DNA from: a virus
Lineage: Duplodnaviria > Caudoviricetes
Direction: 5' to 3' (one strand)
DNA: 26,699 nucleotides
Virus record (IMG/VR): IMGVR_UViG_3300017910_000608
Coordinates: 1-26,699 of that record
The notes beneath the pieces were generated by a model. The model was not told the DNA's origin. It did not search any database and was given only the letters and a program-made list of their open reading frames with translations. Of the stretch, positions 1 through 8,958 are shown in pieces. The position numbers and the translations under genes were made by a program. Position 1 is the first letter of the stretch; each line of letters starts with the position of its first letter.

Positions 1-1
1 A

Positions 2-1048
2 ATTATACTTTGCACCGACAACGACAATCCCGGCATTCAATTGCGTAATGAATTAGCGCGACGCTTCGGCGCGTATCGTTGCAAATACGTCGATTTTGGC
101 GATTTTAAAGACGCTAACGAGATATTAACAACAAAAGGGGCCGAAACTTTGCGAAACGTTATTAAAACGGCTAAAAACTTTCCATTGGAAGGCGTTTTAA
201 ATCTTGACAATATTTGGCAAAGTGTTTTAACTTATAACGAAAACGGCGTCAAAAATTATTCAATCGGTTTGCCAAACGCCGATAATTATTTTAAAATGGA
301 ATTTGGTCAATGGTCTATTGTGACCGGGATTCCGAATTCTGGAAAATCTGACGTTATGGATCAAATATGTTGTAATATGGCGCTTAAATACGATATGCGT
401 TGCGCTATGTTTGCGCCTGAATCATTTCCATATGAAGGCCACATTAAACGAATTGCAAACAAATTAAACGAAACTAATTGCAACAACGACCAATTAAATC
501 AAACAAAATATTTCATTCAAGACCATTTTTATTGGGTTAAAATAGATTTGGAAAATTTAACGCTCAAAGGTATTTTAAATGCGTTTCGGGATTTAGTATT
601 TCAAAAAGGAATCAACGTTTGTGTTATTGACCCATGGAATATGTTAGATCATTCAGCGCAACGTGATCATTCATATATTGGCCGCGCGCTTTCAGAAATA
701 ACGCAATTTTGTCAACAAACAAACACGCATTTGTTTTTGGTTGCGCACCCCCGAAAAATAGAATCTGAAAACGGACGGTATAAAAAGCCGACACTTTACG
801 ATATTAGCGGATCAGCCGATTTTTTTAATAAAGCTTATAACGGTTTGATTGTTTACCGCTGCATTGGTGAGCGTACAAAATACAATTCCGACGTTGTTAA
901 AATATATATTGAAAAGGTTAAACGAAAAGAAAACGGCCAATTGGGGGATTTTGATTTGGCACCGGATTTTAAAAATGGCGGAATCTATAAAGATGTTGAC
1001 TTGGAAACTAAAAAATTTGAGGTAATAAAGGATAATATTCCGTTTTGA
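2..1048 (+). CDS. Twinkle/T7 gp4-like primase-helicase, 5'-truncated (TOPRIM end + SF4 helicase)
   Basis: Frame is open from base 2 (IILCTDNDNPG, TOPRIM DxD); KDANE motif, Walker A GIPNSGKS, Walker B VIDPWN, LVAHPRK, YDISGSADF, acidic DNIPF tail. Confidence 0.9.
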   Translation: MILCTDNDNPGIQLRNELARRFGAYRCKYVDFGDFKDANEILTTKGAETLRNVIKTAKNFPLEGVLNLDNIWQSVLTYNENGVKNYSIGLPNADNYFKMEFGQWSIVTGIPNSGKSDVMDQICCNMALKYDMRCAMFAPESFPYEGHIKRIANKLNETNCNNDQLNQTKYFIQDHFYWVKIDLENLTLKGILNAFRDLVFQKGINVCVIDPWNMLDHSAQRDHSYIGRALSEITQFCQQTNTHLFLVAHPRKIESENGRYKKPTLYDISGSADFFNKAYNGLIVYRCIGERTKYNSDVVKIYIEKVKRKENGQLGDFDLAPDFKNGGIYKDVDLETKKFEVIKDNIPF

Positions 1049-1063
1049 TAATAAAAAATAAAA

Positions 1064-1687
1064 ATGAAAATAACAAATGAAGACAACATGGAATCAATGT
1101 CAAGATACGCAGACAAATATTTTGATTTGGCGATTGTCGACCCCCCGTATGGTATTAACGTAACAAAAATGACTTTAGGAAACGGCAAAAATAAAATTGA
1201 CCGGGGATCGAGTGAGTGGGATGCGAACGTACCAAACCAAAATTATTTTGATGAATTATTTAGGGTTAGCAAAAATCAAATTATATTTGGCGCTAATTAT
1301 ATGACGGAATTTTTGCCAGGTTCGAGCGGTTGGATATTTTGGGATAAAGGTACGGGTTCAAATGATTTTAGTGATGGCGAGTTAGCGTTTACAAGTTTTA
1401 AACGTGCGTTACGTAAATATAAGATTAGTTGGGTTGGCGCCAATGCTAACAACGGCACGCCAAGAATACACCCAACAGAAAAACCGATAAAATTATACGA
1501 ATGGTTAATAATGAATTACGCGAACCCGGACGATAAAATTTTGGATACGCATTTGGGGAGCGGTTCGATTGCAATTGCTTGTCACAATTTGGGCTATCAA
1601 TTAACGGCGTGCGAATTAGATAAGGATTATTATAAAGTTGCTTTAAAAAGAATAGAACAGCACAAAGCTCAACAAAGATTATTTTAA
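1064..1687 (+). CDS. DNA N6-adenine/N4-cytosine methyltransferase (beta class), orphan
   Basis: Catalytic DPPY near the N-terminus, HPTEKP, and SAM-binding LDTHLGSGS near the C-terminus. Confidence 0.92.
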   Translation: MKITNEDNMESMSRYADKYFDLAIVDPPYGINVTKMTLGNGKNKIDRGSSEWDANVPNQNYFDELFRVSKNQIIFGANYMTEFLPGSSGWIFWDKGTGSNDFSDGELAFTSFKRALRKYKISWVGANANNGTPRIHPTEKPIKLYEWLIMNYANPDDKILDTHLGSGSIAIACHNLGYQLTACELDKDYYKVALKRIEQHKAQQRLF

Positions 1688-1905
1688 TGGCAAAAGCATT
1701 ACAACCAACACCCGAACATCAAAAGGCCCTTAAATGGTGCTTAAAAAACGATATAAAGGTATCACAACACCCAACTTTAAAAGGCTTGCGAATTGAAATA
1801 AACAACCGCGGAAAACGTATTTTATCGCCAGGAACTTACAGCAAAACAGAAGCTAGCAACAAATGTTGGGATTTATATTTGTACCTTTACAAAAAATATT
1901 ATTAA
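1687..1905 (+). CDS. hypothetical protein (72 aa)
   Basis: TAATG stop/start overlap with the MTase gene; same strand as all neighbours. Confidence 0.7.
   Translation: MAKALQPTPEHQKALKWCLKNDIKVSQHPTLKGLRIEINNRGKRILSPGTYSKTEASNKCWDLYLYLYKKYY
1879..1895 (+). promoter_or_regulatory. copy of putative late-promoter motif (TTGTACCTTTACAAAAA)
   Basis: Matches the motif at 3733, 6863 and 16708; lies just upstream of ATG 1908. Confidence 0.45.
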
Positions 1906-1907
1906 TT

Positions 1908-2093
1908 ATGAGATTAAATTTTAATACAATTATATACCCGATTTATGGTTTTTTGTTAGGCGTTAATTATTGGAATTCTAAAATGGAACACGTCGTCATT
2001 GATTCACCAATTGATGACAGCGACGAACATTGTTTTGAGTTTCATTTGTTTATTATTGGAATTTCTTTTGTTTGGTACACGGAAAAAAAATAA
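1908..2093 (+). CDS. hypothetical protein (61 aa, hydrophobic ends)
   Basis: ATG 1908 follows the previous stop by 2 nt, preferred over the overlapping 1863 start. Confidence 0.65.
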   Translation: MRLNFNTIIYPIYGFLLGVNYWNSKMEHVVIDSPIDDSDEHCFEFHLFIIGISFVWYTEKK

Positions 2094-2152
2094 AAACGGC
2101 GGACGCGTCGGAATAATTTAAATGAGACAACCTCAAACAATTATTCATTTTT

Positions 2153-2182
2153 AACCCTTTCAGAAATGAGAGGGTTTTTTTT
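2153..2182 (+). terminator. Rho-independent terminator ending the early/replication transcript
   Basis: AACCCTTTCA-GAAA-TGAGAGGGTT stem with GNRA loop, followed by a T-run. Confidence 0.85.
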
Positions 2183-2200
2183 ATGCTCGTTTATTTTGTT

Positions 2201-2208
2201 TAAATTTG
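2201..2208 (+). promoter_or_regulatory. Bacteroidota-type -7 promoter element (TAAATTTG)
   Basis: Exact TAnnTTTG match after a terminator, 4 nt before the terS ATG. Confidence 0.55.
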
Positions 2209-2212
2209 TCAC

Positions 2213-2563
2213 ATGAGTACAAACGCGAACATATTAAAAAAGAAACTAATTGCCTGCATGGAGCAATCATTGGGCATAGTCACAACAGCTTGCAAAATGT
2301 GCGGTTGTTCACGAACAACGTTTTATAAATATTACAATCGTGACAAAAAATTCCGCGAAGCCATTGACGATTTGCAAAACCTGACATTGGATTTTGTTGA
2401 ATCACAATTGCACGAACAAATAAAAGAAGGCAATACAACGGCAACAATATTTTATCTAAAAACAAAAGGCAAAAAACGCGGATTCATTGAGCGCCAAGAA
2501 ATAGAAATGAACGGCGGCATTGAATCAAAAATCATTCAGTGGACACCGGCAAAGGACAAATAA
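2213..2563 (+). CDS. terS: terminase small subunit (putative)
   Basis: N-terminal HTH (TTACKMCGCSRTTFYKY), then ESQL..GNTTATIFYLKTKGKKRG; directly precedes and overlaps terL. Confidence 0.75.
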   Translation: MSTNANILKKKLIACMEQSLGIVTTACKMCGCSRTTFYKYYNRDKKFREAIDDLQNLTLDFVESQLHEQIKEGNTTATIFYLKTKGKKRGFIERQEIEMNGGIESKIIQWTPAKDK

Positions 2564-3717
2564 AAGAGTTTTGTAACGTTCAATTTTATCAAACCTTAAA
2601 TTCCAAGGCGCGAATTAAAGTACATCAGGGCGGAACGCGATCCGGCAAAACCTACGCCATTTGCCAATTCTTAATTTATAAACTTACAACAACCAAAAAG
2701 CCGCTCACAATATCAATTGTGCGCAAAACATTACCAGCGCTCAAACGGTCGGTATTACGCGATTTTATAAGCATTGCAACAAAATTGGGCGTTTACTATA
2801 AAGGTGAACACAATAAGGCGGAAAACGTTTTTAAATACAACGGTTCCATTGTACAATTTTTGTCAACCGATGATCCACAAAAAATTCGAGGTGCTAAACA
2901 CGATATTTGTTTTTTGAATGAGGCCAACGAATTAACGTTTGAAGACTTTAGACAATTGAACATGCGAACTGTTGATCAATTAATTATTGACTTCAATCCG
3001 TCCGATCCGGTGCATTGGCTTTATAATGAAGTCATCGAACGAGATGATTCGGATTTATTTATAACAACTTACAGGGACAATAACTTTTTGCCGTCCGAAT
3101 TGGTCCAAGAAATCGAACGCATTAAATTACGCGATCCCGATTATTGGCGCGTCTATGGTGAAGGTAAACGCGCGATATTTTCAGACCGTCAAATATTTAC
3201 AAATTGGAAGTATATTCCATTGAGAGATTTCCCGGAATTTGACGAAACAATTATTGGGGTTGATTTTGGATTCACAAATGACGAATTGGCGATTCTCGAA
3301 GTCGGTAAAATACGCGACAAACTTTACGTTAACGAACTAATGTACAAAAAAGGAATGACCAATCGCGACATTGCAAATTTTTTAAAATCAATAGGCAAAG
3401 CGGATGTCTTGGCTTATTGTGATTCAGCCGAACCAAAATCAATTGTTGAATTAAGACAAATGGGCGTGTTGGCAAAAGCTGCAACAAAAGGCGCCGGATC
3501 AATAAGCGCCGGAATTAGTTTATTGAAGGAGCACGAAATATTTGTTTCGGATCAATCAACAAACTTAAAACACGAACAACACACGTATTTTTGGCAGCGC
3601 TTAAAAGACAATACAATTATTAACAAACCGATTGACGCAAACAATCATCTAATGGACGCGTTGAGATACGCCGTTTATTCAAAATACAGAAACCGAACCG
3701 AATTTTTTGTAGTATAA
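2539..3717 (+). CDS. terL: terminase large subunit, PBSX/SPP1-like family
   Basis: Walker A GGTRSGKT, Walker B FLNEANE, DFNP, nuclease GVDFG, DSAEP and NNHLMDALRY; GTG start. Confidence 0.95.
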   Translation: MDTGKGQIKEFCNVQFYQTLNSKARIKVHQGGTRSGKTYAICQFLIYKLTTTKKPLTISIVRKTLPALKRSVLRDFISIATKLGVYYKGEHNKAENVFKYNGSIVQFLSTDDPQKIRGAKHDICFLNEANELTFEDFRQLNMRTVDQLIIDFNPSDPVHWLYNEVIERDDSDLFITTYRDNNFLPSELVQEIERIKLRDPDYWRVYGEGKRAIFSDRQIFTNWKYIPLRDFPEFDETIIGVDFGFTNDELAILEVGKIRDKLYVNELMYKKGMTNRDIANFLKSIGKADVLAYCDSAEPKSIVELRQMGVLAKAATKGAGSISAGISLLKEHEIFVSDQSTNLKHEQHTYFWQRLKDNTIINKPIDANNHLMDALRYAVYSKYRNRTEFFVV

Positions 3718-3732
3718 AAACTATTTTAAATT

Positions 3733-3749
3733 TTGTATTTTTACAAAAA
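3733..3749 (+). promoter_or_regulatory. putative late promoter (TTGTATTTTTACAAAAA)
   Basis: Recurrent motif in the terL-portal intergenic gap. Confidence 0.6.
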
Positions 3750-3768
3750 TTTATTTACGCGTTAATTT

Positions 3769-6021
3769 ATGGCTTCTATTTTTGACCGCTTCAAATCCCT
3801 ATTAATAAAAAATTCACAAAGTACCGCGCAACAATATAACCGCGCAATTTATAACTATATCGGAAATTCAATTGTTTGGAACGCCGAAAATGATGATTCG
3901 TATATAAGCGAAGGTTATAGAAAAAACGCGACGATTTATTCGCTTATTAATATAATAACAAAAGCTGCAACAACGATTCCGTTTCAGATTTACGAAAAGA
4001 CAAACGAAAATGATTATAAACGCTTTCAAGCTATAACAAGCGGAACGTTTGACGCTTCAACAATTCAGAAGGCCGCAATATTACAAAAGCGGTCAATGGT
4101 TGAATTACAAGACACCGAATTGCACAAAATATTGGAACGCCCAAACCCGGCGCAATCTTACAATTCGTTTATTTCTGAATTGATTGCATTCGGCAAATTA
4201 ACGGGCAACCGTTATATTTACGGCATAGGACCGGACACCGGGGCCAACGTTGGGAAATACACTGAACTTTATGTAATGCCATCGCAAATAATGGAAATTA
4301 TTTCTAACGGTATAATGGAACCCGTTTCAAAATATCGCGTTGAATACAACGGAACGTTTGAGATTGACGCCGATGAAATATGCCACATTAAGGACTTTAA
4401 TCCATACTATGACGGAACCGGTTCACATCTTTACGGACAATCGCCATTGCGCGCTGGAATGCGATCATTGACGACAAATAACGAGGCGACACAAACGGGC
4501 GTTAAATACTTACAAAACCAAACGGCGCGCGGTTTATTAATGTCCGATGAAGGCGACATTAACGAGGTGCAAGCGCAACAATTAAAAGATAAATTTCGCA
4601 AACAATTTCAAGGTTCCGACAACGCCGGCGATGTTATCATCACGCCGAAAAAATTGTCATGGGTTAACTTTGGATTGAACGCCGCGGACGTTTCATTGAT
4701 TGAACAATACAACGCTTCAATAAAAGATTTATGTAATATTTACAACGTTCCGGTTCAATTACTAAACAACACCGATTCGGCGTCATATAACAATATGAAA
4801 GAAGCCAAAAAGGCATTATATCAAAACGCCGTGATTCCGGAACTGTTAAAAATAAAAGACGAACTAAATCGATGGTTGGCGCCAAAATACGGCGAAAAAC
4901 TTTGCATTGAATTTGATTTTTCCGTTGTTCCGGAGCTCCAAGAAGAAACTGACAAGGTGGTTGACCAATTAACAAAAGCATGGTGGATCACACCAAACGA
5001 AAAGCGCGCCGCTATGAATTACGGAAAAGACGAACAAACGCCCGAATTAGATGATTATTTTGTTCCGGCGAATCTCATTCCGGTAAAATCAAACGAAATT
5101 GAAATGGAAATGGAATCGGTTGACGTTGATGTCAATAAATTTTTAAGCAAAAAATTAGTCCCGGGAATGACGGACGTTTTCACAACTGTTGATGAAGCCG
5201 AGGCACGCGCCGCCGAATTGGGCGGTTCGGGTTTTCACGAACATAATTTTGACGGCGAAACGGTTTACATGCCTTTTAATTCACATTCAGAATATGAAGC
5301 CGCGATTGAGGCGCAAAAATATCATCATGAAGACGAAGACGAAAAATATTATCACGATGACGATGAAGACGAAAACGACAAAAAACAAATTTCCGCACGT
5401 TTGCGCAAAGCCTTAAAAAAAAAAGCAGACGATCACAATGAGGCCGTAAACAATAACCCGGACAAAATAACAAACGTTCCAACGCTTTTTAAAGTTTACG
5501 AACGCGGAATCGGTGCTTATAGAACAAATCCGCAAAGCGTCCGGCCGTCGGTATCATCACCGCAGCAATGGGCAATGGCCCGAGTTAATTCTTATTTATT
5601 TGCATTAAGAAACGGCAAATTTAGAAGCGGCAAACACGACACCGATTTATTGCCCGAAGGTCATCCAATGTCAACCCGTGACAAAAATTATCACGATAAA
5701 AAATTTACAGATTACCCACAAACCGCAACCAACAACGCCAAACGAATGTTGGAATTTCGCGAAAAATACGGCGATGAGGTGACGGCCGGAACGATGACCG
5801 GTTGGCGTCGCGCTCGTATGATCGCAAATCGTGATCCGCTCACATTGGACATGTTGCGACGCATTAAATCATTTTTTGCACGTCATGAAGGCAATCAAAC
5901 CGTTGCGGATCGTTTTAAAGACACGCCATGGCGCGACAATGGTTTTGTTTCTTGGAATCTTTGGGGCGGTACTGCAATGAAAAATTGGGTTAATAAAACG
6001 TTAGACAAAATAGACGATTAG
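3769..6021 (+). CDS. HK97-family portal protein with long multidomain C-terminal extension
   Basis: Portal motifs ERPNP, LTGNRY, ICHIK..YGQSPL, CNIYNVP..L, ITPNEKRA, YFVPANLIP within the first ~440 aa; about 310 further aa follow. Confidence 0.92.
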   Translation: MASIFDRFKSLLIKNSQSTAQQYNRAIYNYIGNSIVWNAENDDSYISEGYRKNATIYSLINIITKAATTIPFQIYEKTNENDYKRFQAITSGTFDASTIQKAAILQKRSMVELQDTELHKILERPNPAQSYNSFISELIAFGKLTGNRYIYGIGPDTGANVGKYTELYVMPSQIMEIISNGIMEPVSKYRVEYNGTFEIDADEICHIKDFNPYYDGTGSHLYGQSPLRAGMRSLTTNNEATQTGVKYLQNQTARGLLMSDEGDINEVQAQQLKDKFRKQFQGSDNAGDVIITPKKLSWVNFGLNAADVSLIEQYNASIKDLCNIYNVPVQLLNNTDSASYNNMKEAKKALYQNAVIPELLKIKDELNRWLAPKYGEKLCIEFDFSVVPELQEETDKVVDQLTKAWWITPNEKRAAMNYGKDEQTPELDDYFVPANLIPVKSNEIEMEMESVDVDVNKFLSKKLVPGMTDVFTTVDEAEARAAELGGSGFHEHNFDGETVYMPFNSHSEYEAAIEAQKYHHEDEDEKYYHDDDEDENDKKQISARLRKALKKKADDHNEAVNNNPDKITNVPTLFKVYERGIGAYRTNPQSVRPSVSSPQQWAMARVNSYLFALRNGKFRSGKHDTDLLPEGHPMSTRDKNYHDKKFTDYPQTATNNAKRMLEFREKYGDEVTAGTMTGWRRARMIANRDPLTLDMLRRIKSFFARHEGNQTVADRFKDTPWRDNGFVSWNLWGGTAMKNWVNKTLDKIDD

Positions 6022-6022
6022 T

Positions 6023-6859
6023 TTGAAATTAGATCGCGACAAATGGCAAACGGATTTTGAAAAGCAATTGGACATTTCCGAAAAAAAACAAATTGCAATT
6101 GTAAAACGTTTTTATAAAAGCGAATACAACAAAGGCATTGAATCGTTTATTGCGGACGGTCAAACCAATTTTCAAAACTTATTTGACAACAAACCATTGT
6201 TAAAAATATATTCGGATTTATACACACAAATTGGAATCCGTTTTGCCAATTGGTACGCAAAAACTTTTGAAAACTATTTAATAAAAAAAATTGACACAAC
6301 AAACCTTAATGACATTTGGGCGGCACGGTTCGCAGCCTTGGGAATTTCCGTTGGTTCACAACGCGTTACATTGGTTTCGGGTACTGCAAAACAAACACTT
6401 ATTAGAGTAACACAACGGTTGATGTCCGATCCCGAATTCATGACATTGGGCGCAATAGAAAAGGGGCGTATTTTACGCAACCAATTCAGCAGATATTCAC
6501 AATTTCAGGCCGAACGATTGGTTCGCACCGAAGCAACGGCCGCGGCTAATTTTGCGACATCAGCCGCCGCAACAACAATTTTTCCGGGCGATCAATTACA
6601 AAAAGAATGGATTGCAAGTTTTGACGATAAGGTTCGAGATACGCATTCAGCTGCCGACGGTCAAATTGTTGACCAAAACGCGACATTTTTGGTTGGTGGT
6701 TCACAAATGATGTTCCCGGGTGATCCAAGCGCCCCGGCAAGTGAAGTAATAAATTGTCGTTGTTCAATTGCTCATATTCCAAAAGAAGGCGCGCAAACCA
6801 TTGAGGAAATTCAAAACATTGGATTGGGCGTTGCTGCTGGCGGATTTACTAATTTTTAA
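6023..6859 (+). CDS. head morphogenesis / minor head protein (Mu gpF / SPP1 gp7-like)
   Basis: AERLVRTE, KEW...DDKVRDTH..ADGQ, MFPGDP...EVINCRC; TTG start 1 nt after the portal stop. Confidence 0.88.
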   Translation: MKLDRDKWQTDFEKQLDISEKKQIAIVKRFYKSEYNKGIESFIADGQTNFQNLFDNKPLLKIYSDLYTQIGIRFANWYAKTFENYLIKKIDTTNLNDIWAARFAALGISVGSQRVTLVSGTAKQTLIRVTQRLMSDPEFMTLGAIEKGRILRNQFSRYSQFQAERLVRTEATAAANFATSAAATTIFPGDQLQKEWIASFDDKVRDTHSAADGQIVDQNATFLVGGSQMMFPGDPSAPASEVINCRCSIAHIPKEGAQTIEEIQNIGLGVAAGGFTNF

Positions 6860-6862
6860 AAA

Positions 6863-6879
6863 TCGTATATTTACAAAAA
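6863..6879 (+). promoter_or_regulatory. putative late promoter (TCGTATATTTACAAAAA)
   Basis: Identical 17-mer at 16708-16724; upstream of the protease-capsid genes. Confidence 0.7.
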
Positions 6880-6886
6880 TTTTCTT

Positions 6887-7576
6887 ATGAATACTATAAT
6901 ATATAAAGCGGCGCCCGTTGGTGAATTAATTGACGCCGACGAAAAGGCCGGAATTATCAAAGGTTACGGAAGTTATTTTGGGAATAAAGATTCCGACAAT
7001 GACGTAATTATGAAAGGCGCATATAAAAAGACAATCGCCGAAAATGGTGACCGCGTTAAATATCTATATCAACATGACATGAATCAACCGATTGGGAAAA
7101 TGGTTGAATTATATGAAGACGATAAAGGTTTGGTATTCACCGCCGAAATTGCCAAAACACAATTGGGTATGGACGTTGTGGAATTAATGAAAACCGGCGT
7201 AATTACTGAAAACTCTGTCGGCATTATGCCAATTCAAAAACAAAACAAAGAAAATTATCGCGAGATTACAGAGGTCAAATTGTATGAAGTCAGCGCCGTT
7301 ACTTTAGCCGCTAATGACCAAGCAAAAATTTTAGACGTCAAAGGCAATATTGACGTCAATAAATTGTCAAAGAGATACGACAATTTATGTAAACTAATTC
7401 GCAAAGGTTCAATTTCCGACGAAATGGGATTTGCAATCGAAGCGGAACTATTAAAATTGAAATCATTATTTGTTGAATTCACAAAGCCGGTTAATGAAAT
7501 CACTTTGCCGAATGTTGAAGCAAAAAACAATGATTCCGAAATCTTAAACTATTTAATTAATTCCATAAAAAAATAA
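6887..7576 (+). CDS. HK97-family prohead protease
   Basis: GYGSYFGNKD, LYQHD..PIG (catalytic His), ENSVG (catalytic Ser), LYEVSAVTLAAN. Confidence 0.93.
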   Translation: MNTIIYKAAPVGELIDADEKAGIIKGYGSYFGNKDSDNDVIMKGAYKKTIAENGDRVKYLYQHDMNQPIGKMVELYEDDKGLVFTAEIAKTQLGMDVVELMKTGVITENSVGIMPIQKQNKENYREITEVKLYEVSAVTLAANDQAKILDVKGNIDVNKLSKRYDNLCKLIRKGSISDEMGFAIEAELLKLKSLFVEFTKPVNEITLPNVEAKNNDSEILNYLINSIKK

Positions 7577-7580
7577 AAAA

Positions 7581-8753
7581 ATGGACGAAAATATCAAAAA
7601 TCAATTGGACGAATTCAACACGGCCATTGATTCAAAAATCGAAAAATCCAATCACGAAGTGGTTGAAACTGTTGTATTGAAGGCCAACGACATTGTAAAA
7701 AATGAAGTTAGCGAAATGGCAACAAAACTAAATGAGCGTTTGGACGCGATTGAGGTTGCAAATAAAAAGCAATTCAGCGCCAAAAAACGAATGACTTTTA
7801 AGGGTGCTTTAACTGAAGCATTTGAAAATGGCGCAATTGAAAAATTGTCAAAAGGTCATTCAAGAAGCGCGGCCTTTGAAATTAAGGCCGATATGACAAC
7901 CGGCGCCGATTTCACCGGTTCCGTTATTGCTGCGGATCGCGTTCCGGGTTACAAATTTGATCCCACAAGACCGCAACACATTCGAGAGTTATTGGCCCAA
8001 GGCTCAACAACATCGGACGTTGTTCGTTATGTAAAAGAGAGTGGATATTCTAACGGCGCTGACATTACAGCCGAAGGGGCGACGTTTGCGCAATCCGATT
8101 TCGACATGACCGCAACTGACGCCAATGTAAAGAAAATCGGAACTTATTTCCGTATTTCGGAAGAGATGTTGGCCGACACCGCACAATTAACTTCATATTT
8201 GTCAAGCCGTGCGCCCGAAAAACTGTTGGATGTTGAAGACGTAAACATTTTAAGTGGTAACGATTTGGGCGGGATTGAAAATTCCGCAACTGCATTCGCT
8301 GCGGGATCATTGGCCGACGCGGTTGACAACGCAAATGAATTTGACGTAATTGTGGCGTCTTTAAATCAATTAGCATTGGCAAATTATAACGCCGATACAA
8401 TTTTGTTAAATCCAACAGATTTTCACAAAATACTATTGTTAAAAGATACGCAAAACAATTATTTAAAAGATCAAGTTTATAGCGGTCTTCAACCCGTATT
8501 CATGGGCGTAAAGGTTGTTTTAAATAGCGCAATTAGCGCCGGTAATTTCTTAATTGGAAACTTTGGCGTTGGAACGCAACTTTGGGTTCGTGACGGAATC
8601 AATGTTGAATTCTTTAAAGAAGACGGAACAAACGTCCGTGACGGTTTTGTAACGGTTAGAGTTTCTGAAAGAATCGCATTGACCAACTATTTGCCAAACG
8701 CGTTTGTAAAAGGTGATTTTACAACTGCAAAAGCTGCATTGGAAACACCGTAA
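7581..8753 (+). CDS. major capsid protein, HK97 fold with N-terminal delta/scaffold domain
   Basis: Coiled-coil ~100-aa N-terminus, then AEGAT, KKIGTYFRISEEMLAD, LNPTD..LLKD, GNF, VRVSERI; position after the protease. Confidence 0.93.
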   Translation: MDENIKNQLDEFNTAIDSKIEKSNHEVVETVVLKANDIVKNEVSEMATKLNERLDAIEVANKKQFSAKKRMTFKGALTEAFENGAIEKLSKGHSRSAAFEIKADMTTGADFTGSVIAADRVPGYKFDPTRPQHIRELLAQGSTTSDVVRYVKESGYSNGADITAEGATFAQSDFDMTATDANVKKIGTYFRISEEMLADTAQLTSYLSSRAPEKLLDVEDVNILSGNDLGGIENSATAFAAGSLADAVDNANEFDVIVASLNQLALANYNADTILLNPTDFHKILLLKDTQNNYLKDQVYSGLQPVFMGVKVVLNSAISAGNFLIGNFGVGTQLWVRDGINVEFFKEDGTNVRDGFVTVRVSERIALTNYLPNAFVKGDFTTAKAALETP

Positions 8754-8775
8754 TTTTACGCAAATCAATCAATTT

Positions 8776-8809
8776 AAAGGGCCTAAATTCATTTTGGGCC
8801 TTTTTTTTT
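8776..8809 (+). terminator. Rho-independent terminator after the capsid gene
   Basis: GGCCTAAA/TTTGGGCC stem followed by T9. Confidence 0.85.
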
Positions 8810-8839
8810 GCCTTTATTTTATGGCGCCCAACAGATAAG

Positions 8840-8914
8840 AAACAAAAAAAAACAAAAAAAACTTTAAAAAAAAGTAAAAAAATTTTTTTAATTCTAAAAA
8901 GTGTTATATATTTG
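8840..8914 (+). promoter_or_regulatory. host-type promoter with phased A-tracts and TATATTTG -7 element
   Basis: A-runs repeating about every 10 nt at 8840-8882; TATATTTG at 8907-8914; heads the micro-ORF island. Confidence 0.6.
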
Positions 8915-8931
8915 TATCATCAAACAATAAC

Positions 8932-8958
8932 AATAACTAATAAAACAAAACAAAATGA
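8932..8958 (+). repeat. 27-bp direct repeat, copy 1 (AATAACTAATAAAACAAAACAAAATGA)
   Basis: Identical to 9081-9107; includes the ATG at 8955. Confidence 0.9.

Noticed and set aside
6011-6025. Portal-gpF fusion by readthrough or frameshift
   Set aside because: Different frames, a TAG at 6011-6013 in the gpF frame, and no slippery motif; TTG re-initiation is simpler.
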